Shown here in pieces: positions 1 through 9,825 of a stretch of 60,565 nucleotides of DNA (its first letter is position 1; every line of letters begins with the position of its first letter). Position numbers and translations under genes: made by a program. The stretch comes from a virus (lineage: Duplodnaviria; Caudoviricetes). The stretch lies in the IMG/VR virus record IMGVR_UViG_3300003690_000008, positions 1 to 60,565 of that record. One strand, written 5' to 3'. A model generated the notes under the pieces. The model was not told the origin of the DNA and searched no databases. It was given only the letters and a program-made list of their open reading frames with translations.

Positions 1-201
1 CGACTCACTAAAAGCATGTATAACGAACGCCTCGGATAGCATGAACGCGGAGATCGCGCGGCTAAAGACGGAGATTGATCTGCTACGGGCTATGGTAGAT
101 CGAGTGGCTCCATTTCTCCATGCCCACAGCCAACTTGGTTTATTGGACCCTAACTTCCAACCCGAGCAGCCACCACCGTCTGGTGAAAAAGGAGGTGCAT
201 A

Positions 202-489
202 ATGGCCGAACTAGATAAATTACCTGAAGCAATTATAGGAGCACTCTTGTATGGGTCAGGGGTGTACAGGAAGAATATCGAAACCTGCCGTCGTGCATTG
301 GAACCGCTGCGGGAAAAAATAAAAGAACAAGACGCCGAGATCGTGCGGTTGCGGAAGGTAATCAACTCAATAGCTGACAACTTATGCAAAGGTACAAGCA
401 TAACGGCCCCTGAGTGCATCAAGGAAGCACGCATGGAGGCTCTCGGCGAGCTTGCGGCTCAGTCGCAGGAACTCGACATGGGGTACTGA
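202..489 (+). CDS. hypothetical protein
   Basis: ORF with strong RBS AAGGAGGT upstream. Confidence 0.7.
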   Translation: MAELDKLPEAIIGALLYGSGVYRKNIETCRRALEPLREKIKEQDAEIVRLRKVINSIADNLCKGTSITAPECIKEARMEALGELAAQSQELDMGY

Positions 490-491
490 CA

Positions 492-674
492 ATGAGCAAC
501 AAAGTTGAACGATGCTGCCTATGCGACGAGCCAACCGGACGCGCCGGCATACATGATGACTCAATCTATGCCACACTGAAAGAAGACGTTCCACCGCATC
601 ATGCTGGCGATGAAATTGGTCCGCTATGCGTAGGTTGCTTTAACCAGCTTTACGATGACGAACTAACAGATTAA
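492..674 (+). CDS. small Cys-rich (Zn-finger-like) phage protein
   Basis: CCLCDEPTGRAG...GPLCVGC; ATG at 492 follows the previous stop. Confidence 0.6.
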   Translation: MSNKVERCCLCDEPTGRAGIHDDSIYATLKEDVPPHHAGDEIGPLCVGCFNQLYDDELTD

Positions 675-853
675 CCTAAAAAGAAAGCCATGTTTGACAT
701 CAACAAAGGAGGCATTGAACGGTTTGAATCATACGTGGTCAAGGCAAACGAGATGGCTGATGAGATTGTGCGATTACTGAACGAGAACGATCGGCTGAGG
801 AACGTAATCAACACACTAGCGGAAAACCTGCGCAAAGCAAAAGGAGCCAAGCC

Positions 854-1615
854 ATGACCGACAAAGACGACAACATGATCGAGATATGCGTGGCCGTTAA
901 GGTCAACAGCGACGGTAGCTATTGGTGTAACGGCTGGGACGTGAAGCACGGAGATCAATCTCCGTTGGTGAAGCAAACATATCACGTCAAGTTCAAGGTC
1001 CCAAAACCGAAGATCATCGTAATGGACCTTGCCGACCAGTCTGTCTATCCGGCGGGGAAGATCACCTTTCCCCCAGGCATACAAGCCGGCCCGTTGGTGA
1101 TTACCAAGCCCCTAGGGATGGAGGTCGCGGTAACGCCGAAACCAGACGGCGACTATATCAAGATGGGACCAGAAGAGACAACACTGGAAATACCCGCGCC
1201 GCCCGTCGTGCCGGAGGCTCTCATAGGAAGTGCAATCCCGAAGGACAAAACAAAGGCCACGGACAAGCCGGTGGTTGTTCTGCCGAAGCCAAGTCCGAAA
1301 TTGCCGCCGGGGGTCATCCCATCAGTCACCGATATCACTATACGCGGCAAACATGCAGTCAGCGATGTCACGAATAAGGTTATCGGTAAACCTGGAAACA
1401 GTGGCCTAACGCGAAAATGGACGCAGTACCGTATGGAAATTGTGGCGTACATCTGCGCTAATGGACCAGCGCGTCAGGGCGAGATAGCCAAAGCATTATC
1501 CATCCCGGTAGGCAGCATGACTTCTATTATGGTCCACGAGTTCTTCGAGCAGAACGCCAATGGAGAATGGATGGTCGTGAAGTCTGAGGTTCAGGTTACG
1601 GAGCCCAGTGAATGA
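854..1615 (+). CDS. hypothetical protein, Pro-rich linker with C-terminal winged-HTH
   Basis: IVAYICANGPARQGEIAKALSIPVGSMTSI pattern; AAGGAG RBS. Confidence 0.55.
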   Translation: MTDKDDNMIEICVAVKVNSDGSYWCNGWDVKHGDQSPLVKQTYHVKFKVPKPKIIVMDLADQSVYPAGKITFPPGIQAGPLVITKPLGMEVAVTPKPDGDYIKMGPEETTLEIPAPPVVPEALIGSAIPKDKTKATDKPVVVLPKPSPKLPPGVIPSVTDITIRGKHAVSDVTNKVIGKPGNSGLTRKWTQYRMEIVAYICANGPARQGEIAKALSIPVGSMTSIMVHEFFEQNANGEWMVVKSEVQVTEPSE

Positions 1616-2012
1616 ATACGCGGCCAGCCGGCACGCGGGCTAGTGTGTGGTTTTCTAATCCGCTGAGTTGCAAAACGGTCGGCTGGCCGCGTTTTGAACT
1701 GGGAGAAACGATGAAAATACCACGGACGACAGTAACAATAAAAGATGGAATCGCTGTAACCCCAGATGCAGGAGTTGATAGTCTGAAGGAGTTATTGGAG
1801 AAAATATACACATGAACACCACATGCACCTGCGGAACATGTATCTTCTGGCATCGAATGGAAAGCGGGGGGGTTACTCACGAAGGCGAGTGCCGAAAGAG
1901 GACGGCAGTGTACGTGCAAGACCTCATTGACGTGTGGCCATGTACATCAGAAAGCGCAGGTTGCGGCCAGCACGAGAGAGACTTCACAAAGGAATACGAC
2001 ACGAAAGGGTAG
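1612..2012 (+). CDS. two small hypothetical proteins (1612-1815; 1812-2012 Cys-rich)
   Basis: ATGA-coupled ORFs; the second has CGTCIFW...GECRK...WP...GCGQH. Confidence 0.55.
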
Positions 2013-2018
2013 ATCACA

Positions 2019-3869
2019 ATGTCTGACGTATCACAAGACCCAGATCAATTAGATAAGTTCTCTGATGAATTAAAGAGAATTTACTCTATGCTCGGTCGGT
2101 ACTTGCCAGGGGATAGCACCGAGGAATTCATCGAGTACCTAAAAGCATCCGATCATCCTCTTCATAGTTTTCTTTTGTGGATGTTCGTGTCTCGCGTTTG
2201 GGCGATCTATCATTCAGGCAGGCCGATGCTGTCGCATGATATCGAAGAGAGATTTATATGCGCACTGATCTCCAAGGGTGCGGAGCTTGGTATAGGCGCA
2301 CACACTGGAAGGGTGCATGGAAACACTAAATGGGACGACATGCCGGATGAGGTGGATAAACGCCGGATGATAACCTGCTGGAGAAAACACGCAAAGGTCA
2401 TCAGGATGCTACACGAAGAACATCAAGGTGCATCCACGGGAAAACTTGCCTCGCTGTTGAATAACATCAAGATGGCCGGCCCCAACAGGAATCTGTCGAA
2501 AAAATTCATTGGTGACGTGAAGGTCGTCTACAAAGTCCTCGGGCCTTACCTTGACATTACACTAGAGGAGTTCTACGACGATTTTAGACGAGACGGTGAC
2601 CCTGACGCAGAACTTAGCATGTGGTTTGTTGTTGCTCACGTCTGGGTATTGTATCACGACCGATACATGAATGGCATTGCAATGGAGTCCGACGAAGACG
2701 AGAAGCTATTCGTCGACGCGCTGTTGACCATAACTGCCGGCACGAAATCATCCAAGGAATTTGGCGACATGCTGCCAGATTGCGTGGACATCGGTGAGTT
2801 GGTGTTGTGCGTTGGTGAGGTTCGTGATGAATTAGATCAACAGTTTAATGACACCCAGCATTCAGGTAGGCCAATGAGCGGTAGCGCAGAGAAACCCCGC
2901 TGCGACTTCTGGGAATGGGAGACCGCCTATCACCTCCACAAGCAAGCCACCAAAAGCAACCGAAAATACAAGCCACCGCCTGAGCCCGCATACTACAACG
3001 ATATATTACGCAAATCCATGGAGCTTCCGCGAAGTAAACAGAACAACATCGACACAGCGAACCTACGCAGCGAGATAGCGTGGGTGAGAGGTGGAAGGCC
3101 GTACTATAAAGTGTGGCCCGCAATGCTCGACATGCTCCTAGAGAGCAAGCTGAATATTGGGTGTAATTACATCAACATGCCGTTTGAGCAATTCGTGTTA
3201 CGATTTCCGAAAGAGAGTAGCTCCATAAAAAACAGCCCCAGGTCGGCTCTTGTCACGGTGATTCGACGGGCTACCTTCGGAAAGGATCGCAGAGACATGG
3301 TAATGGTTTGTTGGCGAGACGAAACGGACTACCCAGGCAGGCCAGGCGGCAGCGTCCCAAGCATGAGCTACGCCAACTTCCCGATAGAAAGCGAGTATAC
3401 TATCGATGATACAATCGAAAAGATAGTGAGCGTTGACACTCCAAGCAACGATCCAGAGACAGTTGAGGGGGTCATGCGGGTTGCGATGTCGGCTACCTTC
3501 TTCGCTGTCAACAACCACGAGATCATCAGGCCAGATATTCCACGGCGATTGATTGAGAAGCACGCAAAGGCCGTCGAGTGTGGCGACGAGGGGGCACGCA
3601 AGCGATACGAGAGCAAGAACAACGGATGGCACCTCGGCGCGGACATACTCACGCCCAAGCCAATCGTAGTTGGCGAGAACGGAAGCAGCGATACCAACGG
3701 CGAGTCAAAGAGACGCCTAGAATTCAGTCACCCCAGAACCGGCTTCATGGGACTGCGGGCTTGCGGCCCCGGGCGAAGCCGTCGCGTGATGACATTCATT
3801 CGCCCGACGATAGTACGACCAGACAGGCCGCTTGGCCCAACGCGAGGACGAGGGGTAAAACAACCATGA
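2019..3869 (+). CDS. 616-aa hypothetical protein with duplicated N-terminal helical domain
   Basis: Long ORF; two related ~100-aa segments; C-terminal HPRTGF..CGPGR...FIRP motif seen in phage proteins. Confidence 0.7.
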   Translation: MSDVSQDPDQLDKFSDELKRIYSMLGRYLPGDSTEEFIEYLKASDHPLHSFLLWMFVSRVWAIYHSGRPMLSHDIEERFICALISKGAELGIGAHTGRVHGNTKWDDMPDEVDKRRMITCWRKHAKVIRMLHEEHQGASTGKLASLLNNIKMAGPNRNLSKKFIGDVKVVYKVLGPYLDITLEEFYDDFRRDGDPDAELSMWFVVAHVWVLYHDRYMNGIAMESDEDEKLFVDALLTITAGTKSSKEFGDMLPDCVDIGELVLCVGEVRDELDQQFNDTQHSGRPMSGSAEKPRCDFWEWETAYHLHKQATKSNRKYKPPPEPAYYNDILRKSMELPRSKQNNIDTANLRSEIAWVRGGRPYYKVWPAMLDMLLESKLNIGCNYINMPFEQFVLRFPKESSSIKNSPRSALVTVIRRATFGKDRRDMVMVCWRDETDYPGRPGGSVPSMSYANFPIESEYTIDDTIEKIVSVDTPSNDPETVEGVMRVAMSATFFAVNNHEIIRPDIPRRLIEKHAKAVECGDEGARKRYESKNNGWHLGADILTPKPIVVGENGSSDTNGESKRRLEFSHPRTGFMGLRACGPGRSRRVMTFIRPTIVRPDRPLGPTRGRGVKQP

Positions 3870-4081
3870 AACCAAAATACAGTCTTACAATCGAGATTGA
3901 CGATCCCGAACGCGAACTACTTCCTGTTTACATACAGATTGGCCGCGAGGGCAAACATGCCGTGACAAAAGAAATAATAGAAGGGGCCGTGTTCGCTGAC
4001 TACGGAACAAAGGGAGAGCTACTTGGAGTAGAGATGCTGGAGCCCTGCGACGTGTCGGTGAAGGATATTATCTCAGAGTAA
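3866..4081 (+). CDS. DUF2283-like small protein
   Basis: VYIQIG...TKEIIEGAVFADYGTKGELLGVEML. Confidence 0.6.
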   Translation: MKPKYSLTIEIDDPERELLPVYIQIGREGKHAVTKEIIEGAVFADYGTKGELLGVEMLEPCDVSVKDIISE

Positions 4082-4088
4082 AATAACC

Positions 4089-4856
4089 ATGGAAATAGAG
4101 GTCGTATTTTCATCTGTTCCAAAGGGATTGCAGAACCTCAAAAAGGGCGAGCGTTGCGATATCTTGTCGATGCGAGGTGGCCGTCTTCGTGTTATCAGGC
4201 ACGGCGATCACGCGCCGGTGGAGTATTGGTTTACGTGGAACAAGGAAGGCCAGTGTTACGACCCGGATGAAGTGAGCGATTGAAAATGAAAGCGAGGTAG
4301 AAGTCATGGTCGCCGCCGCAAGAAGCAAGCCGTTTTCCGTGACAATCCAGCCTGATGGCTGGTTTAATCTAGGCTGGATTGACGCTATAGTAGGCAGCGA
4401 GAAACGGGAATTTTTTGATCCCGATTCACCTGTCCTGGATACTGATATCGACGCCTACGTTGATGGATATGACATGGCGAAGGAAACGCGGTTTCAAGTT
4501 CCTGGTGTGATGCGCGGAATGCGTGAGCGCAATCAGTTAGTTGTGACGTAATTAAAGGAGCCTAGGAAATGACATCGGAATTTATGGTGACGCCTTCTGG
4601 GTTGATGTACCCCCACAAAAAGGAACCAGAGAAGCAAGAGGTTGTGTTCCGCACGCCCCTGGAACTGGAGGACGAAGAACTACGCCAGAAAGCCAAGGAC
4701 GGCCTATTGCTGCTCTGGGACGCCATGAGTCTATCGGAGCCGGGATCACTCTTTGATGGTAAGAAAAAGTACGCCACCTACCGCGCGGCATACGATCTAC
4801 TCGGTACAATGCTGCTTGGCGATGGAGGTTACCCGGTAAAGGAGCAGTACTGCTGA
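4089..4856 (+). CDS. three small hypothetical proteins (4089-4283, 4306-4551, 4569-4856)
   Basis: Consecutive + strand ORFs with RBS-like motifs. Confidence 0.55.
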
Positions 4857-5062
4857 TGGCTAAGATATGGGAACCGATGGCTAAGGGCAACTGGGATTCA
4901 GATGCCGTGGCGGTAGCCGTTGCACCTTTGCCGCCGAACGTTCCGATTCCGTCCAAGATGCCAGTCGAGATGATGCGAATCGACAGTAAAGGCAATCTTG
5001 GGATGGCAACCACTTCTCCAGCAGCACTGCTCTATGTGAAAGGAGCATCATCGTGTCTTTAG
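4856..5062 (+). CDS. small protein with one tail-fibre-type repeat
   Basis: MMRIDSKGNLGMATTSPAALLYVKG resembles the repeats in 12455-13435. Confidence 0.5.
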   Translation: MAKIWEPMAKGNWDSDAVAVAVAPLPPNVPIPSKMPVEMMRIDSKGNLGMATTSPAALLYVKGASSCL

Positions 5063-5373
5063 AACGAAGGGGATTCTTAAAGTCCGTCGCGGGGTTTATC
5101 GGCTGGATAGCAACAGCGCCGCTACTGCCGAGTATTCCGATTACCACGGAGGATGTGTCGCAGTCCACTATGCCTCCACTCAGGGAACTCATGCTCATTG
5201 AGAGAATCGCCGATGGTGATAGCAATTTACCCCTTGGCAGCGTTTGGATATGGGTTGGAGAATTCATTCCGCAGGGATGGGCATTGATGGACGGCAAGCA
5301 GAACTCCGAGGCCATTGGCGGAAGCGGAGAGAATTGGATGAAAGATTTTGCTCCGCACGGTCTCGGCTGGTGA
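5053..5373 (+). CDS. small protein with twin-arginine-like N-terminus and tail-collar-like segment
   Basis: ERRGFLKSVAG; LPLGSVWIWVG..IPQGWALMDG..N..GSG.N resembles the C-terminus of 55007-57547. Confidence 0.5.
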   Translation: MSLERRGFLKSVAGFIGWIATAPLLPSIPITTEDVSQSTMPPLRELMLIERIADGDSNLPLGSVWIWVGEFIPQGWALMDGKQNSEAIGGSGENWMKDFAPHGLGW

Positions 5374-5384
5374 AGAGATAGCTA

Positions 5385-5543
5385 ATGGCTAACCACAAAG
5401 ACATCACAGAAGAAGAAGCGTGGGCGGAGGTCGAGCGAATCGTACCGTCTAACGAGGAGCTACTTGCGTTGGTTGCCCGGTTTCCGCCGCCGCAAGAATG
5501 GTACGACGAAGACGACTGCTGGGAAGAGACGCCAGAGGAATGA
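5385..5543 (+). CDS. 52-aa acidic hypothetical protein
   Basis: Read manually: MANHKDITEEEAWAE...FPPPQEWYDEDD; fills the gap between neighbours. Confidence 0.5.
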   Translation: MANHKDITEEEAWAEVERIVPSNEELLALVARFPPPQEWYDEDDCWEETPEE

Positions 5544-5546
5544 ACC

Positions 5547-6221
5547 ATGAGCCTGGCAGTAATGGACAACCAACAAAATACCGATGGAATCGGCATTACG
5601 GCTGTCACGAAGCTCAAACATGCCGACCTCTGGCGAGCCGCTAAGAAACTCGGCAGCCAGTCAGCGCTAGGGAGGCACCTTGGGTTGCATCCCAGTGAAA
5701 TTGGCCTATGGATAAACTTAAGGGGGGTGCCACCATCCGAAGCAGTTGAGGGAAGTGCAAGGTGGACCGAAGATTACATAATGCAACTGGAAGGCAAGCT
5801 GCTGGCGCTGACTGGAAAATCCTGGGAAGAGTTGTTTCCGCCTGAACTCAGAAATAACACTGAATTTCTATGCTCCCAAAAAACAATCGAGAAAACGGCC
5901 TACCTCCGCGCTTCAGCGCTAGAGCATTATGCCAGAGCGACCACAGAGCGACTGTCATCTCCAGGCAATCACGATGGCGGGGATAAACTGCGAAGTGACT
6001 TGAATAGTGCCATCAAGACGCTCAGCTATCGCGAGCGCGAGATCATCAAGCTCCGTTACGGGCTGGGCGACGGTTACAGCTATACCCTGGAAGAGGTGGG
6101 GCACATTTTCAAAGTAAGTAAAGATCGTATCAGGCAAATCGAAGACAAGGCAATACGAAAGCTCCAGCAACCAAATAGAGCGGGGCTACTGGCAGACCAC
6201 TTACCGGAGTTGGATAAATAA
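5547..6221 (+). CDS. N-terminal HTH plus sigma-70 region 4 protein (no region 2)
   Basis: LSYREREIIKLRYGLGDGYSYTLEEVGHIFKVSKDRIRQIEDKAIRKLQQP is RpoD region 4. Confidence 0.9.
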   Translation: MSLAVMDNQQNTDGIGITAVTKLKHADLWRAAKKLGSQSALGRHLGLHPSEIGLWINLRGVPPSEAVEGSARWTEDYIMQLEGKLLALTGKSWEELFPPELRNNTEFLCSQKTIEKTAYLRASALEHYARATTERLSSPGNHDGGDKLRSDLNSAIKTLSYREREIIKLRYGLGDGYSYTLEEVGHIFKVSKDRIRQIEDKAIRKLQQPNRAGLLADHLPELDK

Positions 6222-6224
6222 CCG

Positions 6225-6530
6225 ATGTACACTTACGGCGACCTAAAAAACGTTGTCAATAGAATGACAGACTTACAACTTTCTCGGCCCGTTCAAGTCT
6301 TGCCACCGCACACAGACGGCGACAAACCCATAGAATTGCACGCTGTCTTGGAGGTGGCTGCTATCCTGGTGATGTGTGGTCAACAGCAGACTCGAAGTTC
6401 CTACGACAATCAACACCACCCCGAAGATATTATACTGTTGACGGACCTGAATCCGTTCGACCCTGACGGCGCAATAGCCGAAGACCTAGGGAAGTGTGAG
6501 AAAATCTACCTAGGGCCACTGAGGGAATAA
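6225..6530 (+). CDS. hypothetical protein
   Basis: Coupled ORF. Confidence 0.55.
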   Translation: MYTYGDLKNVVNRMTDLQLSRPVQVLPPHTDGDKPIELHAVLEVAAILVMCGQQQTRSSYDNQHHPEDIILLTDLNPFDPDGAIAEDLGKCEKIYLGPLRE

Positions 6531-6668
6531 TGCCATGGCCCACTCACGCAAAGACACCTGGACACCGGCTCCGCAGTGGTGGAAGCACCTGCGCAAGTAC
6601 TGCAAGAGGATCGTGTCGAAACAAGAACGCCAAGCGGCAAAGAAACGAATCGAAAAAGGAGAATCATA

Positions 6669-7073
6669 ATGACAAGTCGAAGAGAATTATTTTATGCAAT
6701 TGCCGGGATGCCAGTAATGGTTGCATTCGGCGAACAAGTGACAAAAGCAAAAGGCGATCTCGATGTTCGACGGTTGTACACGCAGGCAGACGCCTATATT
6801 AAGGCCCAACCACTGCCGAGTACCCAGGCCGGATTCAGCGAAGTGAAGGCAGCAATGCAATCGGACGATGATTACGCATGGTCTTGGCATTGCAATGTAG
6901 CTTGTGCCGCGATGGACGAAGGAGTTGACCACAAGACGGCACAGAAGATCGCTGCACGATTCATGGGATGGGCTTTCCAGGTTGACACGGAACGTCTGGT
7001 CCAAGGCCGGACAGAATTAAACAAGGTAGTGAATAATGACGAATCGCGGAAAGCGCAAATACGCATGTCGTGA
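6669..7073 (+). CDS. hypothetical protein with twin-arginine-like N-terminus
   Basis: ATG 6669 after AAAAGGAG; MTSRRELF; DDYAWSWHCNVAC motif. Confidence 0.6.
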   Translation: MTSRRELFYAIAGMPVMVAFGEQVTKAKGDLDVRRLYTQADAYIKAQPLPSTQAGFSEVKAAMQSDDDYAWSWHCNVACAAMDEGVDHKTAQKIAARFMGWAFQVDTERLVQGRTELNKVVNNDESRKAQIRMS

Positions 7074-7683
7074 TTGCGGCCATACCCAATTTGTTCATTG
7101 GGTGGAACTGAATCGTAGGGCACATCCAAGGTGTATTGCCTGCGGAGGGCTCATGGAACCGTATTCCGATGGCGCGGTAAAGGATCGGGAAATAGGCGAT
7201 TCAAATATCCGCGAGCACGACGAAGGACGTGGCGATATAGTTCGCTCATAGGACGATGGGGTGTAAAATGATCGGCGTAAGCAGTGAGTCAGTGCGAGCC
7301 CTTCATGGGCCGCATCCGGTATTGAGATCACAAAGAGATCGGATAAACGATCTGGCGAAGGTGTAATAATGGCAACTGCACTCTTTGTGATATTATTACT
7401 GTCGATGACGTTCGTGGTCCTGTACTTTCTCTGCAACGTACACTTCAGGCTCGAAAGAGATTTGTCGCAAGAATACGAAGACCTTGCTGCCACTAAACGC
7501 CGATTAAAATCAGACGATTCGCTATGCTTGTGGGAAGATGAAAAAGGCAATCTACTTTACGAATGCGACCGATGCGGTTATATGGACCTACCGAAATCTA
7601 AAGTGCTTTGTCCTGAATGCGGTAAGGGATGGATGATGACGACCGTTCGTCGACTGAGAGTTGGCGAGGAATACGAAGAATGA
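7036..7683 (+). CDS. two Zn-ribbon proteins (7036-7251; 7369-7683 with N-terminal TM helix)
   Basis: Paired CxxC motifs in each. Confidence 0.6.
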
Positions 7684-7694
7684 AAGGGAGGCAT

Positions 7695-7898
7695 ATGTCC
7701 AAAATAAAACGCCGTAGCTTCATGGCCTCCATCGGCTGCGCAGTTGCCGGACTGCTTGGAGCAAAGGAAACACCTGCCGCCCATTGCACTAGCACCACAA
7801 CCGTTACTTACAAGGAATACTCGTTCGAGTGCGAAAGTATACGGAAAATAGTTACCGCATCTAAAAAGGGCAATGTGTGGGAAATTACCGTTAAATGA
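7695..7898 (+). CDS. small protein with twin-arginine-like N-terminus
   Basis: GGGAGG RBS; MSKIKRRSFMASIGCAVAGLLG. Confidence 0.55.
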   Translation: MSKIKRRSFMASIGCAVAGLLGAKETPAAHCTSTTTVTYKEYSFECESIRKIVTASKKGNVWEITVK

Positions 7899-9133
7899 AC
7901 GCTCTTGAACTAAACGACGGACGCATCAAGCTCTGGCACGGAGACTGCATAGACGTGATGCGGGGGTTTCCTTTCGAGTCGGTCGACGCGATTGTCACCG
8001 ATCCACCATACGGAATTTTTTTCATGTCAAGGGATTGGGATCACGGAGTTCCCGGAGAGCGGTTCTGGCGTAAGATGCTAACCGTGGCAAAACCTGGGGC
8101 ACACCTCTTGGCCTTTGGCGGGACACGAACACACCACCGGCTGATGTGCGCTATCGAGGATGCGGGATGGGAAATCAGGGATTGCTTGATGTATTTGTAC
8201 GGAAGCGGATTTCCGAAAAGTCTAGACGTGAGCAAAGCCATCGATGAGCGCCTTGGAGCGGATCGGGAAGTGGTAGGGAAACGGACAGACGGTAGATATA
8301 AGTATGGGTTCAGTGAAGATGCCAAGAGAGCAGCCGGATCAGAATGGAAAGAGAACCAGGGCTTTACTGGAGAGATGGGGCAAATCACTGCCCCCGCAAC
8401 CGAACAAGCCAAGCAATGGGAAGGCTGGGGTTCAAATTTGAAGCCGGCCTATGAGCCAATCATCCTGGCACGCAAGCCACTGGAAGGCACCGTTGCCCAA
8501 AACGTACTGGAGCACGGCACTGGCGGACTTAACATAGACGGATGTCGAGTCGGCGTTTCGGAAGAAGATGACATTCACGCAAAGAACCCACACACGAAAG
8601 GTGGCTTCGGACACGCCGGCGAGTCAATCTACGGCGACAGTGATGGAGCAGATGCCTACAACCCAACTCAAGGCCGATGGCCGGCAAATATAATCCACGA
8701 CGGCAGCGAAGAAGTAGTTGGAATGTTTCCTGAAACGGCTATGCAGAAAAGGTCCATGAGAGGAGAGCGGACAGGCGAAATTTACGGTGGTGGCAAAGGG
8801 TTAGGCGGTCCTGATTCAATGCGAGGACACGATGACACTGATAGTTCAGCAGCACGCTTTTTCTATTCGGCGAAATCGTCGAAGATAGAACGAGGCCCCG
8901 GCAACAATCACCCCACAGTAAAACCAATAAGTCTCTGCGAATATCTCGTCAAGCTCATCGCTCCAAAGGGCGCAGTCGTCCTTGACCCCTTCATGGGCTC
9001 CGGCTCAACCGGTATCGCCTGCCATCGCCAAGGCTGCATCTTCTGGGGTATCGAGAAAGAAAACAGCGGCGACACAAAGTACCTCGATATCGCGGTTTCC
9101 CGGCTTGAAGCAGAATTACAAAAGGCCAGTTGA
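7895..9133 (+). CDS. DNA methyltransferase (N4-C/N6-A, beta class)
   Basis: DPPY, HPTVKP and VLDPFMGSGSTG motifs. Confidence 0.95.
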   Translation: MNALELNDGRIKLWHGDCIDVMRGFPFESVDAIVTDPPYGIFFMSRDWDHGVPGERFWRKMLTVAKPGAHLLAFGGTRTHHRLMCAIEDAGWEIRDCLMYLYGSGFPKSLDVSKAIDERLGADREVVGKRTDGRYKYGFSEDAKRAAGSEWKENQGFTGEMGQITAPATEQAKQWEGWGSNLKPAYEPIILARKPLEGTVAQNVLEHGTGGLNIDGCRVGVSEEDDIHAKNPHTKGGFGHAGESIYGDSDGADAYNPTQGRWPANIIHDGSEEVVGMFPETAMQKRSMRGERTGEIYGGGKGLGGPDSMRGHDDTDSSAARFFYSAKSSKIERGPGNNHPTVKPISLCEYLVKLIAPKGAVVLDPFMGSGSTGIACHRQGCIFWGIEKENSGDTKYLDIAVSRLEAELQKAS

Positions 9134-9158
9134 CAACCCTGCCGGCTTCTTGTACAAC
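9130..9158 (+). promoter_or_regulatory. sigma70-type promoter candidate
   Basis: TTGACA-N17-TACAAC. Confidence 0.5.
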
Positions 9159-9166
9159 CTGGGCTC

Positions 9167-9260
9167 AATCCGGGTGAGTTCGCTCTTAAATAATTCTCGC
9201 GTCACCACACTGCTGGTCGAAGCCATTTCAGTGTAGCTCGCGGGATTGGCCCGGATTTTT
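9167..9260 (+). ncRNA. candidate structured RNA or attenuator
   Basis: Nested stems AATCCGGGT/GCCCGGATT, TCTCGCG/CGCGGGA and ACACTG/CAGTGT, ending in a U-tract. Confidence 0.4.
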
Positions 9261-9278
9261 CAATTCAAGGAATGGACC

Positions 9279-9461
9279 ATGAAGATCATGGGCATGATCT
9301 ATATCTGTACCCCAATAATTGCCGTCATCGCCATGGTGGCTGCGCCCGAGCTACTGGGGCCTTGGATGAATGCAATCTTTGCCGCAGCGGTCATAATGAT
9401 TTGGGCTGGACTTGTGATTCTCAAGGCATGGAAGTATCGAGTGTGCTTAATGAACCAGTGA
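9279..9461 (+). CDS. small two-TM membrane protein
   Basis: Two hydrophobic stretches; AAGGA RBS. Confidence 0.55.
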   Translation: MKIMGMIYICTPIIAVIAMVAAPELLGPWMNAIFAAAVIMIWAGLVILKAWKYRVCLMNQ

Positions 9462-9513
9462 AGAAAGCAGCAGGGCAATTCGCTGAAGCAGACACAAAGG
9501 AGAGTAAATCACC

Positions 9514-9819
9514 ATGACAGCCAATCTCAAGCTTGCAGTAAGGCTAAACATTGCTGGGTACTGTAAACAACACACAGCCAACGAGGCTGCAAAAAAGTAT
9601 GGCGTCCCCCTTGGGGCGGTGTACGCAGCCTGCCACAAGTCCAAGGTTACGCCCCAGAAGCCCTTGCCGAACAGCCGCCTATCAAGCAAGAGCCTAGAAA
9701 TACTCAAGCTTCTACTGGATGGAGAAACTGGATCGGACGTGGCCAGGAAACACAATGTCACCAGACAGTGGGTGAGCGCCATCAAAACCATGGCCATCAA
9801 GGCAGGGTTCGATTTATAG
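9514..9819 (+). CDS. HTH DNA-binding protein
   Basis: GETGSDVARKHNVTRQWVSAI plus an N-terminal HTH-like segment. Confidence 0.65.
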   Translation: MTANLKLAVRLNIAGYCKQHTANEAAKKYGVPLGAVYAACHKSKVTPQKPLPNSRLSSKSLEILKLLLDGETGSDVARKHNVTRQWVSAIKTMAIKAGFDL

Positions 9820-9825
9820 AAGGAG

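Noticed and set aside
5547-6221. Complete phage sigma factor
   Set aside because: Lacks region 2, which is needed for core binding and -10 melting
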